64,000 nt of DNA. It comes from Thermoanaerobaculia bacterium (GTDB lineage Bacteria; Acidobacteriota; Thermoanaerobaculia; UBA5066). Under the pieces are notes generated by a model. The model made no database searches. It was given only the letters and a program-made list of their open reading frames with translations, and was not told the origin of the DNA. Positions 30,334 through 40,428 of this stretch are shown piece by piece. Position 1 is the first letter of the stretch; every line of letters begins with the position of its first letter. The DNA lies in NCBI GenBank assembly GCA_963719225.1, contig CAVRAY010000001.1:64001-128000 (forward strand), given 5' to 3'. The position numbers were made by a program, and so were the translations under genes.

Positions 30334-31639
30334 GGCGCGAGGATACCGGCTGCGCGGGACGCGGGGCCGGGCGGCCCTGACGTGACGCCATCGCAGCTTC
30401 GTGCTGACCCCTTCTTTCCGCTTTCTCCTTCGCCCTCTTCCGCTCCTCGGCCTTGCGCGCGCGGATCGCGGCGATGCGCTCCTGGATCGGAACCTCGAAG
30501 CGCTCCGTGGGGCGCGTCGCGTAATCGAACTCCGGCACCGTGACGCGCGGCAGGCGCTTGCCGATCGCGCGCTCGATCTGGCGGAGGTCCGCCTCTTCGT
30601 CCGGCGCGACGAACGTGAAGGCGTCGCCCTTCAGCTCCGCGCGCGCCGTGCGGCCCACGCGGTGGATGTAGTCCTCGGGGACGTGCGGGACGTCGAAGTT
30701 CACGACGTGCGAGAGGGCCTCGACGTCGATGCCTCGCGCCGCGATGTCCGTCGCGACGAGGACCTTGAACTTCCCGTCCTTGAACCCCGCGAGCGCCGCG
30801 GTCCGCTGAGCCTGGCTGCGGTTGCCGTGGATACGCTCGCAGTGCACGCCCTGGCGCGTGAGCTGGTCCGCGAGGCGGTTCGCGCGGTGCTTCGTGCGCG
30901 TGAAGGCGAGAACGCTCTTGAAGTCTCCGCGCTTGAGCAGCGAGAGGAGAAGCGCGAACTTGAGGTCCTGCGGGACCGGGTAGACCGCCTGGGTGATCCC
31001 GACCGCGGGCAGGGCCTGCCGCTCGATGTTCACCAGGACCGGGTCCTTGAGCATCTCCTTGGAGAGCTGGGCGATCGGGGGCGGAATCGTCGCCGAGAAG
31101 AAGAGCGTCTGGCGATTCTGGGGAAGGTGCCTGAGGACGCGGCGGATGTCGGGCAGAAAGCCCATGTCGAGCATCCGGTCCGCCTCGTCGAGGACGAGGA
31201 TCTCGAGGCCGGCCAGCTTCGCGTAGCCGAAGCGGAAGTGGTCGAGGAGACGCCCGGGCGTCGCGACGATGACGTCGACGCCGCTCCGGAACGCGTGCTC
31301 CTGGGGTCCCATTCCGACGCCGCCGAAGACGGCCGCGCCGGACATCGCCGTGTGGACGGCGAGCTCCTTGAGATGTTCGTCGATCTGCGCCGCGAGCTCG
31401 CGCGTGGGGGTCAGGATCAACGCGCGCGTCGTGCCGCGCGGCTTGCCCATGAGGCGATGGAGGATCGGGAGGACGAACGCGGCCGTCTTGCCGCTGCCCG
31501 TCATCGCGCAGGCGAGGAGATCACGCCCCGCCATCACGGGAGGAATGGAGTCTCCCTGGATGGGAGTCGGGCGTGTGAAGCCCATCTCCTTGACGCCGCG
31601 CAGGAGGTCGGGGTGAAGACCGAACGAGGAAAAGGCCAT
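30236..31639 (-). CDS. DEAD-box RNA helicase (RhlE-like)
   Basis: PTPIQ, TGSGKT, PTRELA, TPGR, DEAD, SAT, HRVGRTAR. Confidence 0.95.
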   Translation of the reverse strand: MAFSSFGLHPDLLRGVKEMGFTRPTPIQGDSIPPVMAGRDLLACAMTGSGKTAAFVLPILHRLMGKPRGTTRALILTPTRELAAQIDEHLKELAVHTAMSGAAVFGGVGMGPQEHAFRSGVDVIVATPGRLLDHFRFGYAKLAGLEILVLDEADRMLDMGFLPDIRRVLRHLPQNRQTLFFSATIPPPIAQLSKEMLKDPVLVNIERQALPAVGITQAVYPVPQDLKFALLLSLLKRGDFKSVLAFTRTKHRANRLADQLTRQGVHCERIHGNRSQAQRTAALAGFKDGKFKVLVATDIAARGIDVEALSHVVNFDVPHVPEDYIHRVGRTARAELKGDAFTFVAPDEEADLRQIERAIGKRLPRVTVPEFDYATRPTERFEVPIQERIAAIRARKAEERKRAKEKAERRGQHEAAMASRQGRPAPRPAQPVSSRHGEPSRPQPHGRGGHGHVQGPARPGRQRPPQP

Positions 31640-31738
31640 CTGAGGGGGGTTCGCTTTCGTTGCCGGGGCGCGTCGGGCGCGCCGCTCCGGCCGGCGTCAG
31701 AGTCTCATGGATCGGGGATTTCGGCAAATGCGCGCGGC

Positions 31739-33181
31739 TCAGCGCGTCCCGGGCGAGGCAGCTTTCGTCTCGACGACCTCCACGAGCGGGCTCGACAGGA
31801 GCCTCCGCGCATGACCGAGACGCGAGGCGATCGCGGCGGACGCGCGCGATCCGTGAGGCAGGACGAAGAGAGTGGGCGCGCCCGGAGCCGAAAGAACCGC
31901 GTCGGCTTCGGCCGCGAGCGTCGCGTTCGGGATCTCCTTCTCGTGGTACCAGCCCGGATGCGCCGCGACCGCGGAGGGAAAGAGGATCACGCGGCCCGGC
32001 GCGCCGGCGCGTTGGAGCCGATAGTCCAGCTCGGGTCCCCAGGAAGCCGCGGCCAGGATGAGCCGCCCCGCCCGGGCGGGCGCCTCGAGAAGTCGGGCGA
32101 GGAGAGCGCCGGGCGACGGCTCGAGGGTACGCGGAAGCCAGAGCACGAGGAGCGCCGTCGCGAGCGTCCCGACGGCCGCGGGAACGAAGGGGGGCGCGGC
32201 CGCGAAAAGAAGCACGACGAGCGGCAGGAAGACGAGCGCGGTGCGCTCCGGCAGAACGAGGGCTCCCGTCCAGAGCTCGGCGAGGCCGAGCAGGGCGAGG
32301 GAAACGCCGAGGACCCGTGCCACGGGGGCGAGAACGCCGCGCCACTCGCGCGCGACGAGCGCGACGACGAAGATCGCGCCCAGGACCCCGAGGGCCAGCA
32401 TGGCGGGCCCGCCCGCCGGCGCGCCGAACGCGAGATTCGCGGGGAAGTCGCGGAGCGCGCTCGCGAATCCCGTTTCCGTCGACCATGCCATCGAAGCGTG
32501 GGGCTGCACGAGGGCGATGGGCGCCCACGTCACCGCGAGCGCGGCGGCGGCGAGACCGGAGAGGACGAGGGCGCGGCGCGAGACGGGACGGGCATCGAAC
32601 GCGAGGAGCGCGAGAGCCGCCACGGGAAAGACCGCGAGGTAATGGCTGAGGACGGCTCCCGCCGCGGCGAGCGTCAGCCCCAGGGCAGTCCCGAGGCGCG
32701 GCGTTTCCCGGAGCGCGAGCGCGCGCTCGAAAGCGAGAAACGCGAGAAGAGAGGCGAGCACATAGGCGCGCCCCTCGGCCGCGTATGCGACCGCGAGCGG
32801 GAAGACGGAGTAGAGCGCCGCGGCGGGAAGGCCGATCTCCGCTCGCCCGAGCCGTCTGGCAACGGCGAAGAAGAGGGGAAGGTGGAGAAGGGATGCGGCG
32901 AGGGAGAGGATGCGGACCAGGACGTCCGGGAACCCCGGGGCCGCAAACGGCGCAAGGAGGACGTACGCGAGGATGTAGTGGAGCGGAGGCCCCGAATCCA
33001 CGCGCAAGGCGGCGAGGATCTCCGGAGCGCTCATGCGTGCGACCGTCAGTGTGAAGATCTCGTCCGCCCAGAGAGGCCGGACGGCGAGCGCAAAGCCGCG
33101 GGAGACGACGCCGGTCCCGATCGCCGCCCACGCGAGGGCACGCATGAGGTTCGGACGCGTGCGAGCGATCGCGATCGTCAC
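31739..33181 (-). CDS. GT-C fold membrane glycosyltransferase
   Basis: LWADE, DSGPPLHY, EGRAY, SHY motifs; multi-TM. Confidence 0.75.
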   Translation of the reverse strand: MTIAIARTRPNLMRALAWAAIGTGVVSRGFALAVRPLWADEIFTLTVARMSAPEILAALRVDSGPPLHYILAYVLLAPFAAPGFPDVLVRILSLAASLLHLPLFFAVARRLGRAEIGLPAAALYSVFPLAVAYAAEGRAYVLASLLAFLAFERALALRETPRLGTALGLTLAAAGAVLSHYLAVFPVAALALLAFDARPVSRRALVLSGLAAAALAVTWAPIALVQPHASMAWSTETGFASALRDFPANLAFGAPAGGPAMLALGVLGAIFVVALVAREWRGVLAPVARVLGVSLALLGLAELWTGALVLPERTALVFLPLVVLLFAAAPPFVPAAVGTLATALLVLWLPRTLEPSPGALLARLLEAPARAGRLILAAASWGPELDYRLQRAGAPGRVILFPSAVAAHPGWYHEKEIPNATLAAEADAVLSAPGAPTLFVLPHGSRASAAIASRLGHARRLLSSPLVEVVETKAASPGTR

Positions 33182-33292
33182 CCGCGCGTCTTCAGGGCCT
33201 TGCGGTCTCGCGTCTTCATGGGCTCTCCTCGTCCCGGACTTGCTGGGAAAAGACTAGCACCCGGGAGCGTGTATAACGTCCCGCTCAGGTCG

Positions 33293-34693
33293 GTGAAATT
33301 GGAAGTATCGATTCTCGATCGTCTCTCGCGACACCGGCTGCTCGCGGGCGCGCCGCCCGAGCAGATCGAATGGCTCGCCGCCCGCGGTCAGCTCGTTCAT
33401 CTGGACCCGGGCATCGAGCTCGCACCGAAGGGCACAACGGTGCCCGGCCTGTACATCGTCCTTTCCGGCCACATGTCGATCCACCTCGACCGGGGCGCCG
33501 GACCGCAAAAGCTCATGGAGTGGCGGGGCGGCGACGTGACGGGTTTCCTGCCGTACTCGCGCCTCGACAAATCGCCGGGCGGCGTGAAGGCCGAGGAGCC
33601 GACCGAGCTCTGGATGATCCCGCGCGAGGAGATCCCCGCGCTGATTCGCGAGTGCTACGAGCTCACCGCGATCTTCGTGCATGTGATGCTCGATCGGGCT
33701 CGCCAATTCACGTCGAGCGACCTTCAGATCGAAAAGATGTCCTCCCTCGGAAAGCTCGCGGCGGGGCTCGCGCACGAGCTGAACAACCCCGCGTCGGCGG
33801 TCGCGCGGAGCGCCCAGGGGCTCAGGGAGCGATTGTCCGAGGTGGAACGGGCGTCCCGTGCGCTCGGCGCAGCACGCTTGTCCGAGGCTCAGCAGGCCGC
33901 CGTCGACAAGTCACGGAATCTCTGCCTCGCCGCGTCCGGTGCGACGGTCGGACGCTCGCCCATCGAGCGCGCGGACCGCGAAGACGTCATCGCGGCCTGG
34001 CTCGAGCGCCACGGGGCCGACGATGCCGCCGCCGAGGCGCTGGCGGAGTCCGCGATCAGTCTCGACGCTCTCGATCGGCTCGCGGAAGAGCTTCAGGGCG
34101 ACGCGTTGAAGGTGGCCGTCGCGTGGCTCGTGGCCGGCTGTACGACGCAACAGCTGGCCTCGGAGATCGAGACGGCCGCGTCCCGGATCCACAACCTCGT
34201 CGCGGCGGTGAAGGGCTTCACGTACATGGACCAGGCGACCATGCCCAAGCCGGTGGACGTCGGCCGAGGGCTGGCCGACACGCTCGCGGTGCTCGCCGGA
34301 AAGGCCCGCGGAAAGTCGGTGAGCGTGAACCTCGACGTCGAGGCCGATCTTCCGCTCGTCCCGGGGTTCGGCGGCGAGCTCAACCAGGTATGGGTGAACC
34401 TCGTCGACAACGCGCTGGACGCGGCGAAGAGCCGCGTCACCGTTGCGGCGGGCCGCCAGGGCTCTTCCGTCGTCGTGCGCGTCGTCGACGACGGACATGG
34501 ATTCCCCCCGGAGATTCGCGAGCGCATCTTCGATCCTTTCTTCACGACGAAGCCGGTCGGGCAGGGCACCGGCCTCGGCCTCGACATCGCGCGGCGCCTC
34601 GTCGTCCGGCACCACGGAGAGATCGAGGTCGACTCCCGCCCCTCTCACACCGAGTTCCGCGTGACGCTTCCCATCGACGCAGGAAAAGGCTGA
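33293..34693 (+). CDS. Cytoplasmic sensor histidine kinase with cNMP-binding domain
   Basis: GLYIVLSG (CAP-like), H-box LAHELNNP, N-box LNQVWVNLVDNA, DDGHG, FDPFFTTK, GTGLGL. Confidence 0.9.
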   Translation: MKLEVSILDRLSRHRLLAGAPPEQIEWLAARGQLVHLDPGIELAPKGTTVPGLYIVLSGHMSIHLDRGAGPQKLMEWRGGDVTGFLPYSRLDKSPGGVKAEEPTELWMIPREEIPALIRECYELTAIFVHVMLDRARQFTSSDLQIEKMSSLGKLAAGLAHELNNPASAVARSAQGLRERLSEVERASRALGAARLSEAQQAAVDKSRNLCLAASGATVGRSPIERADREDVIAAWLERHGADDAAAEALAESAISLDALDRLAEELQGDALKVAVAWLVAGCTTQQLASEIETAASRIHNLVAAVKGFTYMDQATMPKPVDVGRGLADTLAVLAGKARGKSVSVNLDVEADLPLVPGFGGELNQVWVNLVDNALDAAKSRVTVAAGRQGSSVVVRVVDDGHGFPPEIRERIFDPFFTTKPVGQGTGLGLDIARRLVVRHHGEIEVDSRPSHTEFRVTLPIDAGKG

Positions 34694-34695
34694 CG

Positions 34696-36354
34696 ATGGC
34701 CAAGCCGGTGATCCTGACCGTCGATGACGATCCCGAGGTGCTTCGCGCGATCGAGCGCGACCTTCGCGGCCACTACCGGAGCGACTACCGCATCCTCAAG
34801 GCCGTCTCGGGCCGCGAGGCGCTCGAGGCCGCCCGGCAGCTCAAGGAGCGAGGAACGCCGGTCGCCCTCTTCCTCGTGGACCAGCGGATGCCCGAGATGA
34901 CCGGCACGGAGCTGCTGCGCGAAGTGCTGAAGCTCTACCCGGACTCGCGCAGGGTCCTGCTCACCGCCTATGCCGACACTCAGGCCGCGATCACGGGAAT
35001 CAACGACGTCGGGCTGGACCACTACCTGCTGAAGCCCTGGGATCCCCCGGATCAGCGCCTCTACCCGGTTCTCGACGACCTGTTGTCCGACTGGACGGCG
35101 CACGTGCGCCTCCCGTACGACGGGATCCGGATCGCGGGCGCCCAGTCGTCGCCGCGCAGCTACGCGGTGAAGGAATTCCTGTCCAGCAATCAGGTTCCCT
35201 ATCAGTGGATCGACGTCGACGAGGATCCGCCGACGCGGCAGCTGATCCGTTCTGTCGGCGACCCGACGAAGCTGCCGGTCGTTTTCTTCCCGGACGGCAG
35301 CCATCTCGTCGCCCCGACGAACCGCGCCCTGGCCGAGAAGATCGGCATGCAGACGCGGGCAAGCCTGCCCTTCTACGACCTCGTGATCGTCGGCGGCGGT
35401 CCGGCAGGGCTGGCCGCCGCGGTCTACGGCGCCTCGGAGGGACTGCGCACTCTGCTCGTCGAGCACAACGCGCCCGGCGGCCAGGCCGGCACCAGCTCGC
35501 AGATCGAGAACTACCTCGGGTTCCCGTCCGGCGTCAGCGGAGCCGACCTCGCGCGCCGCGCCCTCACGCAGGCGCGCCGCTTCGGCACCGAGGTGCTCGT
35601 TGAGGAGGTCGTGGCTCTGCGCCGCGAGGATCCCTATCGCATCATTCGGCTCGCGGACGGCACGGACGTCTCGTGCTACGCGGTCGTCCTCGCCACGGGA
35701 GTCTCCGTCCGGACTCTCGAGGTTCCCGGGATCGAGCCTCTCCTCGGCATCGGCGTCTACTACGGCGCCGCGATGACCGAGGCCGCGACCTACCGCGACA
35801 AGGACGTTTGCGTCCTCGGGGCCGGGAACTCGGCGGCGCAGGGCGCTCTCTTTTTCTCTCGCTACGCGCGTCACGTCACCCTGCTCGTCCGCGGAAAATC
35901 CCTCGGCCAGTCGATGTCGCAATACCTGGTCGACCGGATCGGGGCGGCTCAGAACATCGAGGTCCTGACGAGGGTCGAGGTCGCCTCGGTCTGCGGCACG
36001 GGCCGGCTCGAGAAGGTGTTCCTCCGCGGCGTAGACGACGCGATGGAGCGGGAGCTTGCCGCTTCCGCGATGTTCATCTTCATCGGCGCGAAGCCCCGGA
36101 CCGAAATGGTCTCCGGCCTCCTCGAGCTCGACGAGAAGGGTTTCGTCCTCACGGGCCCGGATCTGCCCCGCACGGAAGGCCGGGTTCCCCGCGGCTGGAC
36201 GCTCGAGCGAGACCCGTATCTCTTCGAGACGAGCGTCCCCGGCATCTTCGCGGCCGGCGACGTGCGAGCGAGCTCGGGCAAGCGCGTCGCGGCGGCCGTC
36301 GGCGAGGGTTCCGGCACGGTCAGCATAGTCCACCGCTACCTCGAGACCGTTTGA
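34696..36354 (+). CDS. Response regulator receiver fused to thioredoxin-reductase-like flavoprotein
   Basis: VDDD, LVDQRMP, KPW; GGGPAG, IENYLGFP, GAGNSA, FAAGDVR. Confidence 0.9.
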   Translation: MAKPVILTVDDDPEVLRAIERDLRGHYRSDYRILKAVSGREALEAARQLKERGTPVALFLVDQRMPEMTGTELLREVLKLYPDSRRVLLTAYADTQAAITGINDVGLDHYLLKPWDPPDQRLYPVLDDLLSDWTAHVRLPYDGIRIAGAQSSPRSYAVKEFLSSNQVPYQWIDVDEDPPTRQLIRSVGDPTKLPVVFFPDGSHLVAPTNRALAEKIGMQTRASLPFYDLVIVGGGPAGLAAAVYGASEGLRTLLVEHNAPGGQAGTSSQIENYLGFPSGVSGADLARRALTQARRFGTEVLVEEVVALRREDPYRIIRLADGTDVSCYAVVLATGVSVRTLEVPGIEPLLGIGVYYGAAMTEAATYRDKDVCVLGAGNSAAQGALFFSRYARHVTLLVRGKSLGQSMSQYLVDRIGAAQNIEVLTRVEVASVCGTGRLEKVFLRGVDDAMERELAASAMFIFIGAKPRTEMVSGLLELDEKGFVLTGPDLPRTEGRVPRGWTLERDPYLFETSVPGIFAAGDVRASSGKRVAAAVGEGSGTVSIVHRYLETV

Positions 36355-36378
36355 TCCGCCCGCAACCCGGAGAAACGC

Positions 36379-38259
36379 TCACTGAAAATATGCGTTGACG
36401 TCGAGCACGAAATGGGTCGTCCCGACGGGCTGGTCGCAATGCACGACGATCTCGCCCGTCGGACCGAGCGCCACGATCGCGTTGTTCGCCCGTGTCTGCC
36501 CCGCCCCGTAATTGAGGCTCGACGCGAGAGGCCGAACCGTCCCACCGGAGTAGAGGGTCAGATACCCCGCCCCCGAGGGCTGGGTGGCGGTCACGTTGAC
36601 CGAAATCGCCTTCGCCCCGGACGGCAGCCCGCACTGACCGCCGACCGCGAACACGCGGTCCTGGCCCGCGCCGAGCGCGGGCCCGCCCAGCGGTCCGTTC
36701 GGGTTGCGCGTGTCCACCAGCCGACACGGGGTCAGCGTGAACAGGTTCGCGGCGGCGGTCGTGTAACCGAGGCCCCACACGTAGCTGTTGACATCGAAGT
36801 AACTCGCGACATTCGACGGGGTGACGACCGTTCCGTTGATACGGACGTTATCGAGGATGACGCGGTGGAAGCCGTTGTAAAGGTCCCAGCCCTTGATCTC
36901 ACTCAGATACTTTTGCGTTCCGGCCAGACTAATGTTCTTGAAGACCAGGTTGTAGCTGTTCCCCAATGGGGGATCGGGTGCGGGATTTCCGGGCCAGGGA
37001 TAAACCCTATTCGTCAGTTGGGCCAAGGGCACGTCGATATTCCCCTCAATGCGAATATTCTGATAGGTCTGATTGGCATATCCTTTCGTGCTGTCGCTGT
37101 TATCCACCCAGATCTGAAAGGCCGCTGGCGTCAAAGGTGACCCATAGGGCACCCACTCATCACCGTTGTAGCTCCGAACGTCGATATTATCGACAAGTGC
37201 GGTGTAGGGGCTCTTCAGCGCGTCCGTATTCCCGAAGAATCCTCCCAGGAACACCGCATTGCCGGTACTGGCGCCAAAGGAATTTCTGATCGTCACGTTG
37301 TACTGCGTCCTTCCCGCCCATGTCGGATGGAATACATTGTCGCCCACAAAGGCAAATGCCTGATCCACATTGTCAACGTTCGGAAAACCGTCTGTCTGAA
37401 AATACCAAGGCGACAATAACTTTACATTGGTGGCGTCCTTGGCGCCGCCCGAGATATTGTAGATTGGGGAGTCCACGATCGTAATCCCTTGCACGGTCGC
37501 GCGATGCGTGGCGTAATCTCCCTTTATCATCGCATAGTTGATGCCGTCGTTGAACGATAGCGCTTGAATTGTCTCCGCTATCCACAGATCCCCCGAAAGG
37601 ACGCCCGGGCCCATGATTTGAACGTTGTCCGCGGCGGAGACATCGATATTGCCCCGGACCCAGGCACCTCCATCCAAATAGATCACGTCATTCGCTTTGG
37701 CGTAATAGTGGTTGCCTGTGGCAGGAGAGATGTCGACGATACCGGGCCCAAAATAGGTCGCGCCGGCGGGAGGAGCGGGCTTGGGAGGGTCGGCAAAAAT
37801 GAATAGCGGATTGGCATCATCGCCGTTGATGGTCACCCAAGCCTTGGCGTTTGGATCGAGTGTGAGGATCGCCCGGCCGTTACTCAAGCGGACGGGAATG
37901 TGTTTGCTTTTGGGACTGACGTCCACAAGGGTAATGGAGCCTTCTATTCTGGTGACGCGGACGTCTAACGGCCGGGTCGTGCCGAAGGTCGAGAAGCTCA
38001 CGCTGGGGGAAGTGCCACGGTGCCAGTGGGTGAAACTCTTGCGGCTGTACTGGTACACATAGGAAGGAAGCCAGGCAGAGCCGTCGAACACCTCGACCCC
38101 GTAGAGGCTGGATCGGTAGGTATCAACGCCGGGCCCGGGGTACACCTCGATTCCCGTGGAGGAAATCGTTTCCGCGCGGATCTCTCCGGGAAAGCACGCG
38201 ACGACGGATAACGTGAGCGCGATGGAAGCGACGCAGCGCGCCGCGATCCGTGACGGCAC
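36379..38259 (-). CDS. Secreted beta-helix glycoside hydrolase (GH28/GH49-like) with C-terminal TPCRxxDTR domain
   Basis: PLFIFADP, YFGPG, IYLDGGAWVRG, GPGVLSG, QTDG; C-terminal TPCRLVDTR..DVNAYFQ; start uncertain. Confidence 0.7.
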   Translation of the reverse strand: MPSRIAARCVASIALTLSVVACFPGEIRAETISSTGIEVYPGPGVDTYRSSLYGVEVFDGSAWLPSYVYQYSRKSFTHWHRGTSPSVSFSTFGTTRPLDVRVTRIEGSITLVDVSPKSKHIPVRLSNGRAILTLDPNAKAWVTINGDDANPLFIFADPPKPAPPAGATYFGPGIVDISPATGNHYYAKANDVIYLDGGAWVRGNIDVSAADNVQIMGPGVLSGDLWIAETIQALSFNDGINYAMIKGDYATHRATVQGITIVDSPIYNISGGAKDATNVKLLSPWYFQTDGFPNVDNVDQAFAFVGDNVFHPTWAGRTQYNVTIRNSFGASTGNAVFLGGFFGNTDALKSPYTALVDNIDVRSYNGDEWVPYGSPLTPAAFQIWVDNSDSTKGYANQTYQNIRIEGNIDVPLAQLTNRVYPWPGNPAPDPPLGNSYNLVFKNISLAGTQKYLSEIKGWDLYNGFHRVILDNVRINGTVVTPSNVASYFDVNSYVWGLGYTTAAANLFTLTPCRLVDTRNPNGPLGGPALGAGQDRVFAVGGQCGLPSGAKAISVNVTATQPSGAGYLTLYSGGTVRPLASSLNYGAGQTRANNAIVALGPTGEIVVHCDQPVGTTHFVLDVNAYFQ

Positions 38260-38430
38260 TTCCACACCCAGCCCATCAAGGTGGTCGTCTCCCACGGGAG
38301 CTACCTCGAATAGGTGTGTAGGCGGCGAGGGCGACCTAACCTCCTGTTGAGAAAACAGGACCCGCCGCGACCGTCTGACGACCTTCGATAGACTGCGCGT
38401 TCGCCGAGGAACGCCGCTCCGGGAGGATCG

Positions 38431-40428
38431 ATGGACGTCCCCGAATCGAAGTCTCTGCCCGAGAACGCCTATCAGACGCTGGCGCCCGGCGAGGTCTACG
38501 CCCCGGTCGTGTCCGCTCAGGAGGCGCCTCCCGAGTCGACGTTTCGATCCGTCGCATGGGGGCTCTTCTTCTGCGTGGTCTTCACGGCCGCGTCGGCGTA
38601 CTCCGGACTGAAGGTCGGGCAGGTGATGGAGGCGGCGATCCCGATCTCGATCCTCGCGATCGGCCTCGCGCGCCTCTACACGCGGCGCTCGCATCTCCTG
38701 GAGAACGTGATCATCACGACGATCGGCGGCGTCGCCGGCGGCATCGTCGCGGGCGCGATCTTCACGCTTCCCGCGCTCTATACCCTCAAGCTTCACCCGC
38801 ATCCCGTCCAGACGATCTTCATCTGCCTCGCGGGCGGATGTCTCGGGATTCTCTTCATCATCCCGCTGCGCCGCTACTTCGTGAAGGAGATGCACGGGGA
38901 ATTCCCGTTTCCCGAGGCGACCGCGATCACCGAAGTCCTCGTCACCGGCGAGAAGGGCGGCGCGCAGGCGAAGCTCCTCATCCAGGCGACGGTCATCTCG
39001 GGGATCTACGACTTCTTCGTGACGACGTTCAACGTGTGGAAGGAATACGTCGATTTCCAGTTCATTCCCGTCATGAAAGACGCCGCCGAAAAGGCGAAGG
39101 TGATCGTGAAGTTCGACGCGGTCGCCTTCATCCTCGGCCTCGGCTACGTCATGGGGCTGCGCGCGTCGATGATCCTCTGTGCGGGAGGCGTCCTCGCGAA
39201 CTTCGTCCTCGTGCCGCTCGTCTGGATGATCGGCCGCCACCTTCCGGACGCCGTCTACCCCGCCCTCAAGCCCATCGGCCAGATGACGGCCGAGCAGATC
39301 TACCGCGGCTACGTCCGGTACGTCGGCGTCGGGGCGATCGCGACGGCGGGCATCTTCGGCATCCTGAAGTCGCTGAAGATCGTCGCCGGCTCCTTCGGCA
39401 TCGCGGCGAAGGCGTTCCGGAGCGGGGCCGGCGCCTCCTCCGAGCGGACGGACCAAGACATCTCCCTGATCGCGATCCTCCTCGGCACGATTTTGTCCGC
39501 GGTCGCCGTCGGCGCCTTCTTCGGGACGCTCGGTTCGACGCTCACCGCCGTCCTGATCGCTCTCGCCCTCGCGCTCGCGTTCTCGTTCTTCTTCGCGTCC
39601 GTCGCCGCGAACGCGATCGCGACGATCGCGCGCAACCCGGTCTCGGGGATGACGATGCTCACGATCATCATTTCGTCGGTCATCCTCCTGAAGTTCGGCG
39701 TCTCCGGGACGACGGGGATGTTTTTCGTCATGGCGCTCGCCGGGATGGTCTGCACGGCGCTCTCGGTCTCCGGCCAGATGATCACGGACCTCAAGACCGG
39801 CTACTGGCTGGGCTCGACGCCGGCCGCCCAGGAGAGGGTGAAGTTCTGGGGAGTCCTCGCGTCATCGATCGCCGTGGGCATCACGATCTTTCTCCTCGCC
39901 AAGGTCTATCAGTTCGGGGAAGTCGCGCCGGGCGACACGCGCGAGGTCCTCGCGGCGCCGCAGGCGTCGATCATGAAGGTGCTCGTCGAGACCTTCATGA
40001 ACCGGCAGCCCATCGCTTGGTTCCTCTTCGGGACGGGTGCGGCGATCGCGGTCAGCATGGAGATGCTGAGGATCCCCGCGCTCATCTTCGCGCTCGGGAT
40101 GTACCTTCCGCTGGAGTTGAACTCGCCCGCGCTCGTGGGGGGGATGATCTCGCACTTCGTCCTGAGGAAATCCGAACGGGCCGGGGGAGCTGCCGGTCGC
40201 ACGATGCGCGAGCGGGCGATCGTCATCGCTTCGGGCCTCATGGCCGGAGGCGCCCTCGGCGGCGTCTTCGGCGCCGCGCTGCGACTCTTCTCGTGGTACC
40301 GGGAGGACCTCGTGAAGACGCCCTTCTACGGAAACGAGGCCGTCTCGCAGGGCGTGTCGATCGTGTTCTTCGTCGGCCTCTGCCTCTATCTCTGGATCGA
40401 TTCGACCCGCAGGGTCGGGGAGAAATGA
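38431..40428 (+). CDS. OPT family oligopeptide transporter
   Basis: YSGLKVG, ENVI, GAIFTLPA, FPEATA, NPVSGMT, DLKTGY, ASGLMAG. Confidence 0.92.
   Translation: MDVPESKSLPENAYQTLAPGEVYAPVVSAQEAPPESTFRSVAWGLFFCVVFTAASAYSGLKVGQVMEAAIPISILAIGLARLYTRRSHLLENVIITTIGGVAGGIVAGAIFTLPALYTLKLHPHPVQTIFICLAGGCLGILFIIPLRRYFVKEMHGEFPFPEATAITEVLVTGEKGGAQAKLLIQATVISGIYDFFVTTFNVWKEYVDFQFIPVMKDAAEKAKVIVKFDAVAFILGLGYVMGLRASMILCAGGVLANFVLVPLVWMIGRHLPDAVYPALKPIGQMTAEQIYRGYVRYVGVGAIATAGIFGILKSLKIVAGSFGIAAKAFRSGAGASSERTDQDISLIAILLGTILSAVAVGAFFGTLGSTLTAVLIALALALAFSFFFASVAANAIATIARNPVSGMTMLTIIISSVILLKFGVSGTTGMFFVMALAGMVCTALSVSGQMITDLKTGYWLGSTPAAQERVKFWGVLASSIAVGITIFLLAKVYQFGEVAPGDTREVLAAPQASIMKVLVETFMNRQPIAWFLFGTGAAIAVSMEMLRIPALIFALGMYLPLELNSPALVGGMISHFVLRKSERAGGAAGRTMRERAIVIASGLMAGGALGGVFGAALRLFSWYREDLVKTPFYGNEAVSQGVSIVFFVGLCLYLWIDSTRRVGEK

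Noticed and set aside
30401-33292. Long N-terminal extensions on the kinase, receiver-TrxB, GH and NadB ORFs in the ORF track
   Set aside because: They overlap genuine neighbouring genes (opposite or same strand); true starts lie downstream
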